A stretch of 64,000 nt of DNA from an uncultured delta proteobacterium (GTDB lineage: Bacteria; Desulfobacterota; Binatia; Binatales; Binataceae). The DNA lies in assembly GCA_963836955.1 (NCBI GenBank), contig CAWILO010000011.1, forward strand, positions 491,703-555,702. The letters run 5' to 3'. Every line of letters begins with the position of its first letter. Position 1 is the first letter of the stretch. The notes beneath the pieces are model-generated. The model searched no databases, was not told where the DNA came from, and was given only the letters and a program-made list of their open reading frames with translations. The position numbers and the translations under genes were made by a program. Below are positions 45,551 to 55,804 of the stretch, piece by piece.

Positions 45551-46137
45551 CACACCTCTGCGCGGCGCGTTGCGATGATGATGCCCGAGGACCAGCACAG
45601 CTTGCACAGCGTAAGCCTCCGATCCCGCTCGAGTTGAGCGACGAGCGCAGCCACCTTCGGTGCGTGATCGTCGGGCCAATTCGGTTGCGGCAACAGATCG
45701 TCGACTACATAGAGGCCACCGGGGCGGAACAGCGCGAGCGCGTCTTCCAGGTATTCGAACTTTCCCGGCCATGTATCGGCGAAAATCAAATCGAAGCGCC
45801 GGCCGCGTAAATCTGCCAGAAGTGATGCGCCGTCCCCAACGCGGAAGGTGGCGCGACGGTCGTGCCCGAGATGCCGCCGCGCAATCTCGACGAACTTCGC
45901 TTCACCATCTAGCGAAAGCAGCGTTGCCGCAGAGTCCATCCCGTCGAGAATCCATGCCGCCGATGCGCCCGTTCCTGTGCCGAGCTCGAGGAGCGTGCCG
46001 CCTGGCTTCGAAGCTGCCAGCGTGCGGAGCAGCGCGCCGGTCCTGGTTTCGCTGATCATCGTGAATCCGATCACCGAAGTGTCGCGCTCAATCGCGGTCA
46101 GCGCGGCCGGCCGCACCAAATCGACCGTATCATTCAC
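45550..46137 (-). CDS. Class I SAM-dependent O-methyltransferase
   Basis: LELGTGTGAS, FDLIFAD, RPGGLYVVDD. Confidence 0.9.
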   Translation of the reverse strand: MNDTVDLVRPAALTAIERDTSVIGFTMISETRTGALLRTLAASKPGGTLLELGTGTGASAAWILDGMDSAATLLSLDGEAKFVEIARRHLGHDRRATFRVGDGASLLADLRGRRFDLIFADTWPGKFEYLEDALALFRPGGLYVVDDLLPQPNWPDDHAPKVAALVAQLERDRRLTLCKLCWSSGIIIATRRAEV

Positions 46138-46156
46138 TTTTGGCGTCCTCTCATCG

Positions 46157-48157
46157 TTAGGACTCTTCAGACTCCTGCAGCGTTGCGGTCTGCAGTAGCT
46201 CTGCCGGTACGTCTTCGAGGAAGCGCGACACGCGGCCCATCACGTGGCCGAAGGTGCGGTCGAACATGTATATCGGATACGACAGGTACAGCTCATCGCG
46301 CGCACGCGTGCTCGCGACGTACATCAGGCGCCGCTCCTCCTCGATTTCGTCGTCGCCCACGCTTTGCGGCCCCGGAAAGCGTCCGTCTGCCGCCCAGATC
46401 AGGAACACGACTTTCCATTCGAGCCCCTTGGCGGAATGAATCGTGCTCAGCGCCATGTACTCGTCGTCGGAATCCGTCGCGAGCACGCCGTCGAGCGAAT
46501 CGCTCGGCGGCTCGAGCGCCATGTCGGCCAGCAACTGTTCGAGGCTCTTGTAGCGCTCCGTGAGATTCTGAAAATGCTCGAGGTCGCGCTCGCGCTTGGG
46601 GTAATCGTCGGCGTACGCCTCGCGCATCACGGGCAGATAGTATTCGAGCGTCATCGCGATCTGCTCGGGCGGCCGCTTTTCACCGCTGCGCAATTCCGCC
46701 AGCAGCGCGCCAAGTCTTTTCAGACCGCCCTCCGACCCTCCGCGCGCTTTTTCAGCGAATTTAGCCACCGCCGTTGCTGGATCGTCGGATGCCACCAGCG
46801 TGTCGATCGTTCGCTCGGCCGTGCGATGCCCAATGCCCTTGACCAGCGTCAGCACGCGCAGCCACGAGACCGCGTCCGCCGGATTCGCGATCACCCGCAA
46901 ATGCGCGAGCACGTCCTTGATATGCGCGGTCTCTATAAACTTGAATCCGCCGCGCTTGATGAACGGGATGTCGCGCCGCTGCAGCTCGAGTTCCAAGTCG
47001 AACGAGTGAAAGCTCGAGCGGAACAGCACCGCGATCTCGCTCAGCTCGACGCCTTCTTCGCGCAACTCCAGGATTCGTTGCGCGACGAACCTCGACTGCA
47101 TGTGCTCGTCCTGCGCGCGCACCAGGAACGGCCGAAAGCCGCCCTCGCGCTGCGTAAACAGCGCCTTGGTGTATTTCTCGCCCGCGCGTGAGATCACGTC
47201 GTTGGCGACGTCGAGGATTCCCTGGATCGAGCGGTAGTTTTCTTCGAGCTTCACGATTTTTGCGCCCGGAAAAATCGTGGGGAAGTCCATGATGTTGCGG
47301 AAGTTGGCGCCGCGGAACGAATAGATCGACTGCGCGTCGTCGCCCACCGCCATCACGTTCCGATGACTCATCGCGAGCAGCCGCACCAGGTCGGCCTGGA
47401 TAAGGTTGGTGTCCTGGTACTCGTCGATCATGATGTAGCGATAGCTGTCCGACAGCCGGCGCCGCACGTTCTCGTGCTGTTCGAGCAGCTCCGCCAGCCG
47501 ATACAGCAGGTCGTCGTAGTCCAGCAGGCCGCGCTCGCGCTTGTAGCTTTCATAATTCTTCGCGAGCTCGAGAATCTCGGTCTGATGCTCGCCGAGATGC
47601 GGAAAGTCGATCTCGATTTCCTCTTCGAGCGCGCGCCGCTTGTTACGCGCCATGCTGATCGCCTCGGCGATCGTGCTTTTCTTCGGAAACCGGCGCTCGC
47701 GCGACGCGAGTCCCATCCTCGTCCGAATCAGGTTGATCACATCTTCCATGTCGGAGCGATCGAGAATCGTGAAGTTGGGCTTGAGGCCCATCGGCGCGCC
47801 CATCCGGCGCAAGACATTGTTAGCGAACGAATGGAACGTTCCGCCCGCGACCGCGCCCGCGCGATCGCCCACCAGCTGTTCGGCGCGACGCAACATCTCC
47901 TGCGCTGCGCGACGTGTAAACGTTAGTAACAGGATCGCGCCTGGTGGCACGCCACTCTCAATCAGCCGCGCGACGCGATAAATCAGCGTGCGAGTCTTGC
48001 CCGATCCCGCCCCCGCCACGACCAGCAGCGGGCCGTCGCGATGCGTCACGGCGGCAAACTGCGCAGGATTCAGCAGCTCGGCGTACTTGATCTTAAAGTT
48101 GCGCTCGTCGGCCGGCGATGCCGGCTTTTCGCGCAGGTAAATTACCTTGTCGGCCAC
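46157..48157 (-). CDS. UvrD/PcrA/Rep-family ATP-dependent DNA helicase
   Basis: AGAGSGKT, LTFT, DEYQDTN, VGDDAQSIYSFRGA, ENYRS, TIHSAKGLEW, EERRLMYVASTRA. Confidence 0.96.
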   Translation of the reverse strand: MADKVIYLREKPASPADERNFKIKYAELLNPAQFAAVTHRDGPLLVVAGAGSGKTRTLIYRVARLIESGVPPGAILLLTFTRRAAQEMLRRAEQLVGDRAGAVAGGTFHSFANNVLRRMGAPMGLKPNFTILDRSDMEDVINLIRTRMGLASRERRFPKKSTIAEAISMARNKRRALEEEIEIDFPHLGEHQTEILELAKNYESYKRERGLLDYDDLLYRLAELLEQHENVRRRLSDSYRYIMIDEYQDTNLIQADLVRLLAMSHRNVMAVGDDAQSIYSFRGANFRNIMDFPTIFPGAKIVKLEENYRSIQGILDVANDVISRAGEKYTKALFTQREGGFRPFLVRAQDEHMQSRFVAQRILELREEGVELSEIAVLFRSSFHSFDLELELQRRDIPFIKRGGFKFIETAHIKDVLAHLRVIANPADAVSWLRVLTLVKGIGHRTAERTIDTLVASDDPATAVAKFAEKARGGSEGGLKRLGALLAELRSGEKRPPEQIAMTLEYYLPVMREAYADDYPKRERDLEHFQNLTERYKSLEQLLADMALEPPSDSLDGVLATDSDDEYMALSTIHSAKGLEWKVVFLIWAADGRFPGPQSVGDDEIEEERRLMYVASTRARDELYLSYPIYMFDRTFGHVMGRVSRFLEDVPAELLQTATLQESEES

Positions 48158-48210
48158 GTCAAGCGCGATCCTACCACGCCGCGCGCCGCAAGTTGCGATG
48201 CCGCGACGCC

Positions 48211-48684
48211 CTACGGCAGCATCGGCCCGTTCCCGCCCGCCGGGCTCTGCCCGCCGTTGCGGTAGATGCCCTGCATCGTCTTGTTCCAGAGTTGATCGGG
48301 ACTGTTGGGTGATTGCGAACCCGCCGCGGCCGGCGAACCCGGCGAGGCCGAGCGTGCATCTTCGACGTGAGGATCGACGAGGACCTGGTCGACCATGTTG
48401 ACGCTGGGGTCGTTCAAGTACGCCGTCGCGATTCGTTCCGCGTCATTCCGCCCGAATTGCGTCGCGACAAATCCGGTCAGTATCACCTGCTTGCTGCCGC
48501 CCGGAGAGGTGGAGAACTGCGCCGTGACCATCGGCAGGTCGTTCAGATGGAGATACCTGGTGAGCGCATCGCTGGTGCCCTGATCGATCACGTAGTTCTG
48601 CGCGCGCGAAACGCTCGACGTCGCGAGCATCATCATGATCGCCGCGGCCGCAATTGTTCTCATCGTCAACGGCATTCGTCGCAT
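48211..48684 (-). CDS. Secreted hypothetical protein with a BON-like domain
   Basis: Signal peptide; VILTGFV..AERIA..V..VDQVLV pattern. Confidence 0.55.
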   Translation of the reverse strand: MRRMPLTMRTIAAAAIMMMLATSSVSRAQNYVIDQGTSDALTRYLHLNDLPMVTAQFSTSPGGSKQVILTGFVATQFGRNDAERIATAYLNDPSVNMVDQVLVDPHVEDARSASPGSPAAAGSQSPNSPDQLWNKTMQGIYRNGGQSPAGGNGPMLP

Positions 48685-48794
48685 CGCAGTATCCGACCAT
48701 ACACCTGATCGAGCGCGCTGTCCCGACGCATCGACAAAAGAAAACGCGGGCGCCGTCGGTGACGCCCGCGCATTTGTGATCGCGAGTTATCCGA

Positions 48795-49826
48795 TTACGG
48801 AACCTGAATCTGCTGGATTTGTGCCGTTTCTTTCTGCACGACTTCAGCCGGTAGCGGCGCGTACTTGAGGGCCGCCGCGTACGTCTGTCCTTCGGTCAGC
48901 GCCCAGCCCAGGAACTTCTTGATCTGTTCGCCAACTTCCTTGTTCCGCTGCTTCTGATAAACCAGCAGCCAGGTGAACGACGAGATCGGATACGCATCGG
49001 GGCCCGGCGCGTCGGTGATCGACACGCGGAAGTCGGCCGGCATGTTGCCCGCCGATGACGCCGCAGCAGCGGTTACGCCGGCCAGACTCGCTTGTACCCA
49101 GTTGCCGGCTTTGTTCTGCAGCTCGGCAAAAGGAATGTTGTTGTTGAGCGCGTAGATCAGCTCGACGTATCCGATTGCGCCCGGAGTTTGCTGAACCAGC
49201 GCCGTCACGCCTTCGTTGCCCTTGCCGCCGAGTCCCACCGGCCACTTGACCGCGGTACCCTTGCCCGGATCGGACGCCCAGGCCGAACTGACCTTCGAAA
49301 GATAATCGGTGAAGATGTAGGACGTGCCGCTGCCGTCCGAGCGATGGCATACCACGATGTCCTGCGACGGGATCGCCGCGCTCGGGTTCAGCGCCTTGAT
49401 CTTATCGTCGTCCCACTTCGTTATTTTTCCCGAGAAGATGTCCGCGACCACCGACCCCGTCAAACGCAACGTGCCGGTGAAGCCCGGCAGATTGTACGCG
49501 ATCACGACGGCGCCCATTACGCTGGGAAAGTGCAAAATTTTTCCTGGAGCATCGGAAAGCTGCTGATCGGTCATCGGCGCGTCGCTCGCGCCAAGGTCGA
49601 CGGTGCCATTCGAGAGCATCCGGATGCCGCCGCCGGAGCCGATCGATTGGTAGTTGAACTTTATGCCGGGATTTTCTTTATGGTAGACGTCGAACCACTT
49701 GGAATAGATCGGGTACGGGAACGTCGCGCCGGCGCCGTTGATTAAGAGATCGGCAAATCCTGAGCTGCCGATTCCTGCGATGGCCAGGACTACAAAAAGG
49801 GTCACGATGAGTCGTCGTTTGAGCAT
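48795..49826 (-). CDS. pstS: Phosphate ABC transporter substrate-binding protein
   Basis: INGAGATFPYP, YQSIGSGGG, GASDAP, HRSDGSGTS, GKGNEG, YPISSFTW. Confidence 0.96.
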   Translation of the reverse strand: MLKRRLIVTLFVVLAIAGIGSSGFADLLINGAGATFPYPIYSKWFDVYHKENPGIKFNYQSIGSGGGIRMLSNGTVDLGASDAPMTDQQLSDAPGKILHFPSVMGAVVIAYNLPGFTGTLRLTGSVVADIFSGKITKWDDDKIKALNPSAAIPSQDIVVCHRSDGSGTSYIFTDYLSKVSSAWASDPGKGTAVKWPVGLGGKGNEGVTALVQQTPGAIGYVELIYALNNNIPFAELQNKAGNWVQASLAGVTAAAASSAGNMPADFRVSITDAPGPDAYPISSFTWLLVYQKQRNKEVGEQIKKFLGWALTEGQTYAAALKYAPLPAEVVQKETAQIQQIQVP

Positions 49827-50057
49827 CTTTTGATCTTGCCTCGAAGTTAGTCGTGTCCATTCCGCGGATTTGGGTGCGGCGCGCAGAACCTATGCATCGG
49901 ACATTAAGGGCGGATGAACCGGACGTGTCCGCCAGTTGAAATTGTCCGCGTGGACGGGAATTCCCGTGCATAATCGCGCTTTGGCGCGATCGTTTGCTTT
50001 TTTCGCCCCCGCTCGACGACAATCCAATTTCCAAAAACCGCGCTTGGCAGTTTTGCA

Positions 50058-52376
50058 ATGAGTAAATCGCTCGACGGAATCAATATCGTTGAATTCGACT
50101 CTCACCTCGGCGCAGCTTACGCCACGATGCTGCTGGCGGAAAATGGCGCGCGCGCCATCAAAGTCGAAGCGCCGGGCGGTTCGCGCGAGCGCGGCACGCC
50201 GCACTTCCACGTCCTGAACCGCTCCAAGCAGGCGCTCGAGTTGGACCTCGACGACCACGCTTCGCGGGCCCGGGTCGCGGAACTCGTGCGATGGGCCGAC
50301 GTCGTCGTCACGGGTTTCACGCCGTCGCGGCTGAAGCACCTCGGCCTCGATCCTGAATCGATTCGTCAGATGAATCCGCGCGCGATTGCGCTGAGCATGC
50401 CTCCGCTCGGCAGCCACGGTCCCGACGCGGACTTCGACGCTAACGACGACCTGGTCGCTGCCCGCGCGGGAATCACCGGCAGCCAGTGGGCTCGCAGCGG
50501 CAATCCCGTTGCCCTGGTTTTTCCAGCGGCGAGTTACTCGGCGGGCGTGATGGGTGCGACGGCGGCGATCGCCGCGATCCTGGCGCGCGGTGCCGACGGA
50601 GTGGGGCAGGCGGTCGAAGTCTCGATGCTCGCGGGCGCGTTCTCGCTTCAGACCGGTGGAATCCTGCGCCACGAAAAAATGACCAGCCTCTATCACGGTC
50701 CGCAGGATCCTCTCGGCCCGATTCCGGTTTATCGTTTGCTCGAGGCCTCCGACGGCAAATTCCTGTTCGCCGCGTGCGGCAACGGGACCTTCTGGGGCAA
50801 GTTCGCGATCGCTATCGATCGCCCTGACCTGGTCGGAGACCCGCGTTTCGAAAATGCACCGTGGGGAATCCCGGCCGAGCACTGGCAGCCGCTCAAGGAT
50901 ATCATCGAGCCAATCATCCGCACTCGGACCCGCGACGAATGGCTAAGCATCCTGCGCGAGTCCGACGTTCCGTGCGCCCCGGTGATGACCCGTCAGGAGT
51001 TCATCGATCATCCGCAGACTCGAGCGCTCGAGATGCGCCATGAAATCGACGACCCCACTCTTAGCCGCACGATTCAGATGGGTCTGCCTGTGTTGCTCAA
51101 CGACACTCCCGGCGAAATCACCGGTCCGGCTCCCACGCTCGGCGAGGATCGCACAGCGCTGCAATGGCTTGCAGAGCCAAAGCGCGGCGCATCGTCGATG
51201 AAAGGTTTGCGGATCAGCGAGCGGTCTCCGCTGGACGGTGTCACAGTGCTGGATTTCGCGAGTTACATCGCGGGTTCGTACGGCCCGATGATCCTCGCGC
51301 AGCTCGGCGCCAGGGTTATCAAGATAGAAAGTCTCGAGGGTGACTCGTTTCGCCATTTCGGTTTCGGCTTTCTCGGTTGGAACCAGGGTAAGCGTGGCAT
51401 CTCCGTAAATCTTACAACCGCAGAAGGCCGCGAAATTATCCACGGGCTCGCGGAAAAGGCCGACGTCGTGGTCGAGAATCTCAGGCCGGGCCGGATGCGC
51501 AAATTCGGGTTCGACTACGAAAGCCTGGCGGCGCGCAACCCGCGCATCATCTATATGTCGGTCAACGCGTTTGGAAATCGCGGGCCGGATCACAACCAAC
51601 CCGGCTTCGATCCATTGTTGCAGGCGCGTTCGGGCGTGATGGCGGCGCAGGGCGGCCACCATGGGCATCCGGTTTACCTGACCTGCGCGATTTGCGACTA
51701 CGGCGCCGCGATGCTCTCCGCGTTTGGATGCGTCGTCGCTCTGCGGGCGCGCGAACTCACAGGACGCGGGCAACTCTGCGAGACCTCGCTGCTGCAATCC
51801 GCGATGGCTTTTCAGGCCGGCGAGTTCGCCTTTTATTCGGGGCGCCCCGACATGGAAAATGGCGGCGCTGAGCATCGCGGACGCTCGGCGCTGTCGCGGG
51901 CCTACGTTTGCCGCGACGGCGAATGGCTATTCATCTCGCTAAGCAATGAGAAACAGTGGAACGCGCTACTGAACACGATGCCCGAGCTGTCGAAGATCAA
52001 CTGGAATGCCGCGACAGCGGAGCCGACCGAGGGCGTGCTCGCGACCGTACTCGCGGAGAATTTTGCGAAGCTCGACCGCGACGACGCGCTGACAGCGTTG
52101 AAGAAAGCCGGCATCCCGGCTACGCGGGTAAATCATTTCCGGGAATTGTTCGACGATCCGCAGGTCGTCGCGAACGACCTGATCGCCGAGTTGTCTCATT
52201 CGCAATGGGGCCGCGTGAAGCAGACCGGAATGTTGGCGAAGTTTTCCGTGACTCCCGGCACCATCGACCGCTCCGCTCCAATGCTTGGCGAGCACACCGA
52301 CGAGATCCTCCGCGAATACCTGAGTTACTCGGCCGATCGAATCGCGTCGATCCGCGCCGCCGGCATCGTCAAGTGA
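50058..52376 (+). CDS. Family III (CaiB/BaiF) CoA-transferase with two tandem repeats
   Basis: Two units: GARAIKVEAPGG..NRSK..ADVVV and GARVIKIESLEGD..NQGK..ADVVVENLRPG; each ends in APxLGE. Confidence 0.92.
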   Translation: MSKSLDGINIVEFDSHLGAAYATMLLAENGARAIKVEAPGGSRERGTPHFHVLNRSKQALELDLDDHASRARVAELVRWADVVVTGFTPSRLKHLGLDPESIRQMNPRAIALSMPPLGSHGPDADFDANDDLVAARAGITGSQWARSGNPVALVFPAASYSAGVMGATAAIAAILARGADGVGQAVEVSMLAGAFSLQTGGILRHEKMTSLYHGPQDPLGPIPVYRLLEASDGKFLFAACGNGTFWGKFAIAIDRPDLVGDPRFENAPWGIPAEHWQPLKDIIEPIIRTRTRDEWLSILRESDVPCAPVMTRQEFIDHPQTRALEMRHEIDDPTLSRTIQMGLPVLLNDTPGEITGPAPTLGEDRTALQWLAEPKRGASSMKGLRISERSPLDGVTVLDFASYIAGSYGPMILAQLGARVIKIESLEGDSFRHFGFGFLGWNQGKRGISVNLTTAEGREIIHGLAEKADVVVENLRPGRMRKFGFDYESLAARNPRIIYMSVNAFGNRGPDHNQPGFDPLLQARSGVMAAQGGHHGHPVYLTCAICDYGAAMLSAFGCVVALRARELTGRGQLCETSLLQSAMAFQAGEFAFYSGRPDMENGGAEHRGRSALSRAYVCRDGEWLFISLSNEKQWNALLNTMPELSKINWNAATAEPTEGVLATVLAENFAKLDRDDALTALKKAGIPATRVNHFRELFDDPQVVANDLIAELSHSQWGRVKQTGMLAKFSVTPGTIDRSAPMLGEHTDEILREYLSYSADRIASIRAAGIVK

Positions 52377-52379
52377 TCG

Positions 52380-52940
52380 ATGGATCCTGAGGCGTCCGAC
52401 GTCGTCACTCCTCATCTGCTCGCGCGCGAAGAGTTGCTCTGGTGCGGTCGCCCGCACGACACTACGGCGCTTCGATGGCGCGCCGGCGCGATCATATTGG
52501 TCGGAATTGCCGCGCTCGTGATGCGTTGGTTGCCGCTCGACTCGAGTCTTGCCGAGCGTGCCGACACCAACTCGATCCTGCTCGCGATTCTCGTCGGGGT
52601 TCTGATCGCAGAAGCAATCGTGTTCCATTCATACCTGTCGAACACGTTCTACGGCGTCACCAATCAGCGCGTGATAATCGTGTCGGGAGTGAGAGAGCCG
52701 GAGATGGTGGCGGTTTTACTTGACCGACTGAATACTCCGCAACTCCGCTTGCAGCGCATACACCGCCACATAGAATTGCGCGAGCCCAGCGAGCAGATGT
52801 TTCAGCCAAGCTATCTGCCGTTCACCAATCCCTCGCTCCCGCCGGAGTGGATCGGATCCGAGTATTACCGACTTCTCGCGCTTGAAGACGCCGGCCGCGT
52901 GTGCGACTTGATAGTCGAATCGGCGCGCAAACTGAAATAG
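52380..52940 (+). CDS. Hypothetical membrane protein
   Basis: EELLWCGRP, two TM segments, YGVTNQRVI. Confidence 0.65.
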   Translation: MDPEASDVVTPHLLAREELLWCGRPHDTTALRWRAGAIILVGIAALVMRWLPLDSSLAERADTNSILLAILVGVLIAEAIVFHSYLSNTFYGVTNQRVIIVSGVREPEMVAVLLDRLNTPQLRLQRIHRHIELREPSEQMFQPSYLPFTNPSLPPEWIGSEYYRLLALEDAGRVCDLIVESARKLK

Positions 52941-52958
52941 CGGTCGGAGAAAAAAACT

Positions 52959-53177
52959 ATGCCACTGGTCACGGGCGAAACTGTCAAACAGGTCCTGCGC
53001 GATCTCTACGGCTACGAAATATCCGACGCCGACGCGCATTCGATCGCGCACAGCGCAGGCGCGATGCTGACGCTGGCCGGGCACCTGGGGTCGATCGGCA
53101 TTACCGGGATCGAACCACCCTTCGGCTATGCGGTGATGGTGGCCGAGGCGAACCGGCTGGCCAAGTCCAAATCGTAA
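52959..53177 (+). CDS. Small hypothetical protein, possible amidase partner (GatC/AtzG-like size and position)
   Basis: 72 aa, directly upstream of the amidase, with a C-terminal EPPF. Confidence 0.55.
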   Translation: MPLVTGETVKQVLRDLYGYEISDADAHSIAHSAGAMLTLAGHLGSIGITGIEPPFGYAVMVAEANRLAKSKS

Positions 53178-53211
53178 TACTACTTCGATACTCACTCCGA
53201 GGATTCATCCC

Positions 53212-54633
53212 ATGTCGAATCCACTGCAGGAATTGCTCGAATTTGACGTTGCTACTCTCGCAACCAAGCTGCGCGCGCGCGATATCTCACCGGTCGAGCT
53301 GACCGAGGCATACCTCGCTCGAATCGAACAGACCGACGGCTCACTGCGCGCATATATCACCGTCACCGATACAATCGCGCGCAAAGCAGCGAAAAAAGCT
53401 GAGGAGGAGATCGCCGCCGGAAAATGGCGCGGACCGTTTCACGGCGTTCCGATTGCGCTCAAGGATCTCCTCTACACCAAGGGCGTTTGCACCACCGGCG
53501 GCTCGAAAATTCTGGCGGACTTCAAACCCGATCACGACGCGACGGTGTGGACGCGTCTCAAGCGCGCCGGCGCGGTGCTGCTCGGCAAACTAAACCTGCA
53601 CGAGTTCGCCTACGGGATCACGTCGTCGAATCCGCATTGGGGAATCGTCCGCAATCCATACGCGGTCGATCGGATTCCCGGCGGCTCGAGTGGCGGCTCG
53701 TCCGCGGCAATTGTCGCTCGCAGTGCCGCCGCCACCATCGGCACCGACACGGGAGGATCGATTCGGATTCCCGCCGCGCTCTGCGGCTGCGTGGGGCTGA
53801 AGCCGACCTGGAGCCGCGTCAGCCGCTACGGCGTACTGCCACTGGCCTATACGCTCGATCACGTCGGCCCGATCACGCGCACGGTGCGCGATGCCGCGAT
53901 GATGCTGCAAGTAATCGCCGGGGCCGACCGCAACGATTCCACCTCGAGCCGCGAGCGAGTTCCCGATTTCTCGGCCGGCCTCGACAGCGAAATCTCCGGC
54001 ATGCGAATCGGCGTCATTCGCGAGCTTGGCGACGGACTGAGCGACGACGTCGCGCACTCCTTCAATGCCGCGCTCGAGACATTACGATCGCTTGGCGCGA
54101 CCGTCGATCACGTGACGATTCCCTCGCTCCCGATGGCCGGCGTCATGAACGGCATCATCACCTGGGCCGAGGCGCTCGAAATTCACGAAGAGTGGATGCG
54201 CACGCGCCCGCAGGACTACGGCAACGACGTCCGCCGCATTCTCGAAATTGGAATGATGACGCCTGCGACCAGCTACATCCGCGCCCAGCGCGCCCGCGCG
54301 CGTACGCTGGCCGAGTCGATCGCGGTGCTGGCCGACCACGACGTGCTGGTCGCACCCGCCAGCGCCATTGTCGCACCGAAGATCGGCACTACTCACATCC
54401 TGGAAAACCGCGAAGACCGGGTCGATGTCGTCGCGGCGATTCTGCGCTTTACGCAGCCCTTCAACACGACTGGCCAACCCGCAATAGCTATTCCCACTGG
54501 TCTATCGCCGGACGGACTACCTATTGCGATGCAGATAATCGGGCGCCCGTTCGGCGAGCCAGAAATAATACGCGTGGCCGCGGCTTACGAGAGAGCTCGC
54601 GGCGCGCTCGCACCGCCGCCTGAGATTACGTAA
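53212..54633 (+). CDS. Amidase signature family protein
   Basis: PIALKD, GKLNLHEF, GGSSGGS, GTDTGGSIRIPA, GLKPT. Confidence 0.95.
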   Translation: MSNPLQELLEFDVATLATKLRARDISPVELTEAYLARIEQTDGSLRAYITVTDTIARKAAKKAEEEIAAGKWRGPFHGVPIALKDLLYTKGVCTTGGSKILADFKPDHDATVWTRLKRAGAVLLGKLNLHEFAYGITSSNPHWGIVRNPYAVDRIPGGSSGGSSAAIVARSAAATIGTDTGGSIRIPAALCGCVGLKPTWSRVSRYGVLPLAYTLDHVGPITRTVRDAAMMLQVIAGADRNDSTSSRERVPDFSAGLDSEISGMRIGVIRELGDGLSDDVAHSFNAALETLRSLGATVDHVTIPSLPMAGVMNGIITWAEALEIHEEWMRTRPQDYGNDVRRILEIGMMTPATSYIRAQRARARTLAESIAVLADHDVLVAPASAIVAPKIGTTHILENREDRVDVVAAILRFTQPFNTTGQPAIAIPTGLSPDGLPIAMQIIGRPFGEPEIIRVAAAYERARGALAPPPEIT

Positions 54634-54639
54634 CAGGCG

Positions 54640-55737
54640 CTAGACGATCCGCAGATAATCCGGCGATGGCAGCGGCGGAAATTTTGCCGCCGGCAGTGTC
54701 TGGTACCAATACGCCACCGACGCGATGTCGTCCTGCAGCGGCAGGAACTCGGCGCCCTTGCGCGGATCGCCGGTCCATCCGAGCGCCTGGATAGTCACTC
54801 GCAGGTCGCGCCTGAATCTGATCGGGTCGGTGATATGCCAGCGGTACATTCCGAATCTCTGCTGCGACGCGTACAGCCCGTCGGGCCGAATGACTTGCGC
54901 CAATCCTGCGTAGGGCGTCGTGAACTCGCGATACCCGCCGTTTTCCTTGCCCACGTCGAAATTGTACGAGCCGCAAAAATAATCCTCGGTGCCGGTGCCG
55001 CAAATCGTCGGATACTCGGCGTCGCCGTCGATGAAAAACTTAATCTCGCCCTCGCCCCACCATCCGCTGTTGTGAACTCCCCACGCCATGTACGTGCCGA
55101 CGTATTGCCCGCGTCCCTCGACTCCATCGACAATCGTGTAGACATCTTTGTACGGCAGTGGATTCACGCGTCGAAACTGCGCATGGAAGTAAGCGGCATC
55201 ATTAGGTACTTCAGTGAGTACATAGTTGATTTGATAGAATAGTATCATCGCGGTCTCGGCAGTATTGGTCATAGTAATCAGGCATCGCTGCCAAAAGGGC
55301 ATTTCCCAATAGCAATTGAACGCGCTGCCAGGATTCACGCACACCGCCAACGACGACACCTGCGCATACTTGTTCCATCCGCATGCGAAGAAATCGCCGA
55401 CCGGGCATTCCACCGACGGCGCCGGTGACCCGTCCCAGTAAATCCTCATGATGCTGGAGCGCCACGGACCCGTCGGCGTCATCCAGATCTGTGCGATCGC
55501 GCCCGCACCCGCGATATCGGCCAGCACCTTCACTTCACCCGGCTCGATCACGACATACGGCGCGACTTTCCATCCCCGGCCCAGCTTCCGCGCCGGACTC
55601 TTCACCGCGTCCGGAATCGCCATCGCACCCTTGCCCTTTTCGCCGGTCGGATTTTCGGGACTTATCGAGCGGCTCTCAGCGTCGGACAGAATCGCGAGAT
55701 TACCCATGTGCATGCCGAGTCCGTTGAACGATGCCAT
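54640..55737 (-). CDS. DUF2961 / glycoside hydrolase family 172-like protein
   Basis: SRSISPEN, PSVECPVGDFF, WWGEGEIKFFIDGD, GTGTEDYF, YRWHITDPI. Confidence 0.85.
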   Translation of the reverse strand: MASFNGLGMHMGNLAILSDAESRSISPENPTGEKGKGAMAIPDAVKSPARKLGRGWKVAPYVVIEPGEVKVLADIAGAGAIAQIWMTPTGPWRSSIMRIYWDGSPAPSVECPVGDFFACGWNKYAQVSSLAVCVNPGSAFNCYWEMPFWQRCLITMTNTAETAMILFYQINYVLTEVPNDAAYFHAQFRRVNPLPYKDVYTIVDGVEGRGQYVGTYMAWGVHNSGWWGEGEIKFFIDGDAEYPTICGTGTEDYFCGSYNFDVGKENGGYREFTTPYAGLAQVIRPDGLYASQQRFGMYRWHITDPIRFRRDLRVTIQALGWTGDPRKGAEFLPLQDDIASVAYWYQTLPAAKFPPLPSPDYLRIV

Positions 55738-55804
55738 CGCGGGCGCCTCCTTGTGACGCGCGGCGCAATTCTAGTCTGCGAGAGTCGCGATGCGGAAGGA
55801 CGCG

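Noticed and set aside
49827-50057. PHO box upstream of pstS
   Set aside because: No convincing CTGTCAT-type 11-bp direct repeats found.
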